From contig BAAIJX010000058.1 in the NCBI GenBank assembly GCA_054600435.1, forward strand, positions 124,001 to 148,076: DNA of 24,076 nt, in the 5' to 3' direction. The DNA is from Neophaeotheca triangularis. Its lineage: Eukaryota. The number at the start of each line of letters is the position of its first letter. The stretch's first letter is position 1. The position numbers and the translations under genes are program-made. Under the pieces are notes generated by a model, which saw only the letters and a program-made list of their open reading frames with translations, made no database searches and was not told the origin of the DNA. This document shows positions 21,612-24,076 of the stretch, piece after piece.

Positions 21612-23957
21612 TTATTTAGTAGGACCCTTCCCTTTCTTCTTTTTCTCCTATTCTACTCTTAGGCCATCATTATCCTTTATATTACTATACTCGTTCTCGA
21701 AGTCATTAAGTACTTTAGTGTCTATTATTTCTTCTAAGGATTCCTATATTAGGTAGTAGAATCTAGCCTATTTTACTAGGACTTAGCGACCTTTTCCTTT
21801 ATTCCATAGTTTTAGTCTTATATATAGGATCTTCTTAATAGAGTATTCTTTATATAACTCTAATAGTATAGGATCCGGTTAATTATTATCGGAAACCTAG
21901 CCTAGTAGTAGGTCTTAGCTAGTAGGTTATAGTAGGTCTATATAGAAGACTAGGTAAATACCGTTCGGAATTCTAGAAAGTTATATAGAGGCTAGTAATA
22001 AAATCTCGGAAACCATGTATTTTATATGTCGAACATTAAGGCTTTTCTTTAGTCGATCTATCTAGTAGTTATAAAGGTCTAGCTAGACCTTATTACCTTC
22101 CTAGTAAATTAGTATAGGACTCTGTAATTTATTCGCGGAATCCTCTTATTTCTACAATACTACTACTATAGTCGCCTAGTAAAGGTCTAAGACTTCTTTT
22201 ATCTTCTATATAAATGTTCCTACCTATTTTATTATAGATAACGTTCGATTTTCTATAGGTACTAGTTCTAAAGGTATAGGTAATAGGGCTTTATAGCTAT
22301 ATGTCGTAAAGAATAGGCTTATTCCTAACCCCACGAGATAATAGCTATTTAGCGCAAGTTATACTATAGGTAACTACCTTTTCTAGTCAGACTACTCCTA
22401 GTTAATAAAGTTCCGTAGATAGGCCTATATGTCCTAGTTTAGTCGTTCTAGGCCTCTATCCGTTTATAGGTAGTATCTAGAGCTAAGCCTCTACTATATA
22501 CTAAGTAATCTATATAGTTCTTTCTAGAAGGTACTCGTCTAGTTCGTCCCTCTATTACTCGTAATTACGCTTAGTAGCCCGTAATGTTTTACCTAGGACT
22601 CTATAAACTTTTCTATATAGTCCTCTACTTTTATATTAGGTATTAGTTTAAGGGCTATCTACTTACTAAGCTAGTCTTTAATTACCTATAGGTATCTATT
22701 TCCTTACGAGCTTAGTAGGTCGGTTATAAAGTCTATTAAGATCTCTATAAAGAAGTAGTTAGGAACTAGTAGTAGGCGAAGGAGTCCGTGTTTTTATTCG
22801 CGCTATACCTTATTTCTTCTATAGTAGTCGTAGTTTCTTAGAAATTGCTGAACATGTCTCGACTATAAGAGCTAGTAGAAATCATAGCCTAGTATTAAAG
22901 TAGTAGTGTCCTAGCCTAGGTAGCTATATACTATAGAATTATAGACAGACTAAATTAGTTTTGTTCGTAATATATCGTTAAGGAGTAGTTCGTTATCTAC
23001 TACTTTATATTCGGATTCCGCTAAAATAGGTACTCCTAGTACCTATAGTTTACTACGATACCGAAGGTAGCCTTTCTAGTCTACTATATAGTCTCTAGCC
23101 TAGATTTTAATCTTTACTTTACTTAGTAGGGTATAGGCTCTATCTACTATAGCTCGGAATATAGATAGGTATATCGAGTCCTTTTCGACTATTATCGACT
23201 ATAGTTTGTTTAGTTCTTAGTCCTAGAAGGGTCCTATAGAGTCCGTTTATTATAGGCTAGGCTCCCTTTATAGCTAGGATAGTAGTAGAGTAGATATAGT
23301 AGGTATAGTAGACATAGTAGCTACTACTACCTTCCTTTCCCCTACTACCTCTAGCTAATTTACTATAGAGTCTAGGTAAAGTAGTTAGTAGAGCCTTAAT
23401 AGCTTGTTATCCTCCCCTAGCGTGTCTTACTCTCTCCTTAACAAGGTATCTAGTAGGACTACCTTAGCCCTTAGTCGATATATTAAGGTAAACTAGAATA
23501 AGGCTAGGATTTCCTACTACCTAACCTACCTCTTAGATAACTACCTCTTTACTATAAAGTACTTGAGGTTTTTATAGTCTATCTAAATTATAAAAGGGCT
23601 ATATACTTTTAGCTTAGGGGCCTAGAACTTTAGGTAGGCTACTACTACTAGCATTTTCTTATCGTAGATATCGTAGTAAATCTCGGCTTTATTTAGTTTT
23701 TACGAAAAGAAGCTAACTAGGCGCTAGACTCCGTCCCTTTCTTAGATAAGTATACTACCTAATACGAACCTACTATAATCTATCTCTAAGAATATAGGAA
23801 GTAATAGGTCCTATCTAGAAAGTACTAGAGCCTAGTAGAACCTTTCCTAGAGTGTCATAAAGGTAGTCTCCTCTACTTTTCCCTAGGAGAATAGGACTCC
23901 CTTCCTAGTAAGCGCTATAAGTAGGGTCGCGATCTTCGAGTAATTTAGAATAAACAC
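21612..23957 (-). pseudogene. pol: RIP-inactivated pol fragment: RT thumb, RNase H, integrase, chromodomain
   Basis: Observed VFILNYSKIATLLIALTRKGVLFS*G (RT end, ~23880-23957); YYDIYDKKMLVVVSYLKF* and *IDYKNLKYF (RNase H YDIHDKEMLA / TDHKNL); YSYLG*D..FY*..FLRNYDYYRRNK (HHCC, ~22810-22950); GLLSVITSNRG and YYL*TDRGLERLN* (integrase TSDRG / YHPQTDG.ER.N, ~22440-22590); IYLVFYIDLL (IHPVFH.DLL); EYSIKKIL..VLVK*ARF..I*ESLEE (chromodomain, ~21660-21850). Confidence 0.9.
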
Positions 23958-24076
23958 TTAGGGTTAGGGTTAGGGTTAGGGTTAGGGTTAGGGTTAGGGT
24001 TAGGGTTAGGGTTAGGGTTAGGGTTAGGGTTAGGGTTAGGGTTAGGGTTAGGGTTAGGGTTAGGGTTAGGGTTAGG
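23958..24076 (+). repeat. Telomere, (TTAGGG)n: 19 perfect repeats plus TTAGG to the end of the window
   Basis: Perfect TTAGGG array with the G-rich strand running 5'->3' toward the end, the canonical Pezizomycotina telomere repeat. Confidence 0.98.

Larger units (their letters stand above)
19605..23957 (-). mobile_element. RIP-degenerated, 5'-truncated Ty3/Gypsy chromovirus LTR retrotransposon (3' part of pol, extra 3' segment, PPT, 3' LTR)
   Basis: Very AT-rich, TpA-enriched and CpA/TpG-depleted (RIP signature). The minus-strand translation shows, in Gypsy order, the RT thumb, RNase H, HHCC zinc finger, integrase core and chromodomain, with many TAA/TAG stops at Gln/Trp positions. Confidence 0.9.

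Noticed and set aside
19290..23957. Telomere-linked RecQ helicase or telomere-targeted non-LTR element (MoTeR-like)
   Set aside because: The readable motifs are Ty3/Gypsy RNase H, integrase and chromodomain; no helicase or non-LTR RT/endonuclease motifs were seen.

Overview
Right-hand end of a filamentous ascomycete (Pezizomycotina, probably Dothideomycete-like) chromosome, ending in a (TTAGGG)n telomere at 23958-24076. The first ~19.2 kb hold six intron-containing or single-exon genes: a FacB/Acu-15/Cat8-type Zn2Cys6 transcription factor (+), a CYP52-clan cytochrome P450 interrupted by an in-frame TAG (+), an uncharacterised fungal membrane protein with an apparent frameshift or 35-nt micro-intron (-), Rvs167/Hob1 (BAR+SH3, -), a membrane-anchored aspartic-protease-like protein lacking its first catalytic Asp (-), and spermidine synthase SPE3 (-) with an in-frame upstream ATG encoding a mitochondrial-presequence-like extension. 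The last ~4.4 kb before the telomere are a heavily RIP-mutated Ty3/Gypsy chromovirus on the minus strand (RT thumb, RNase H, integrase, chromodomain, a ~1.3 kb extra 3' segment with a candidate antisense ORF, PPT, ~634-bp 3' LTR). The element is cut off inside reverse transcriptase exactly where the telomere repeats start, which suggests chromosome breakage healed by de novo telomere addition. All gene models, translations and de-RIP reconstructions were made by eye; no database searches were run.
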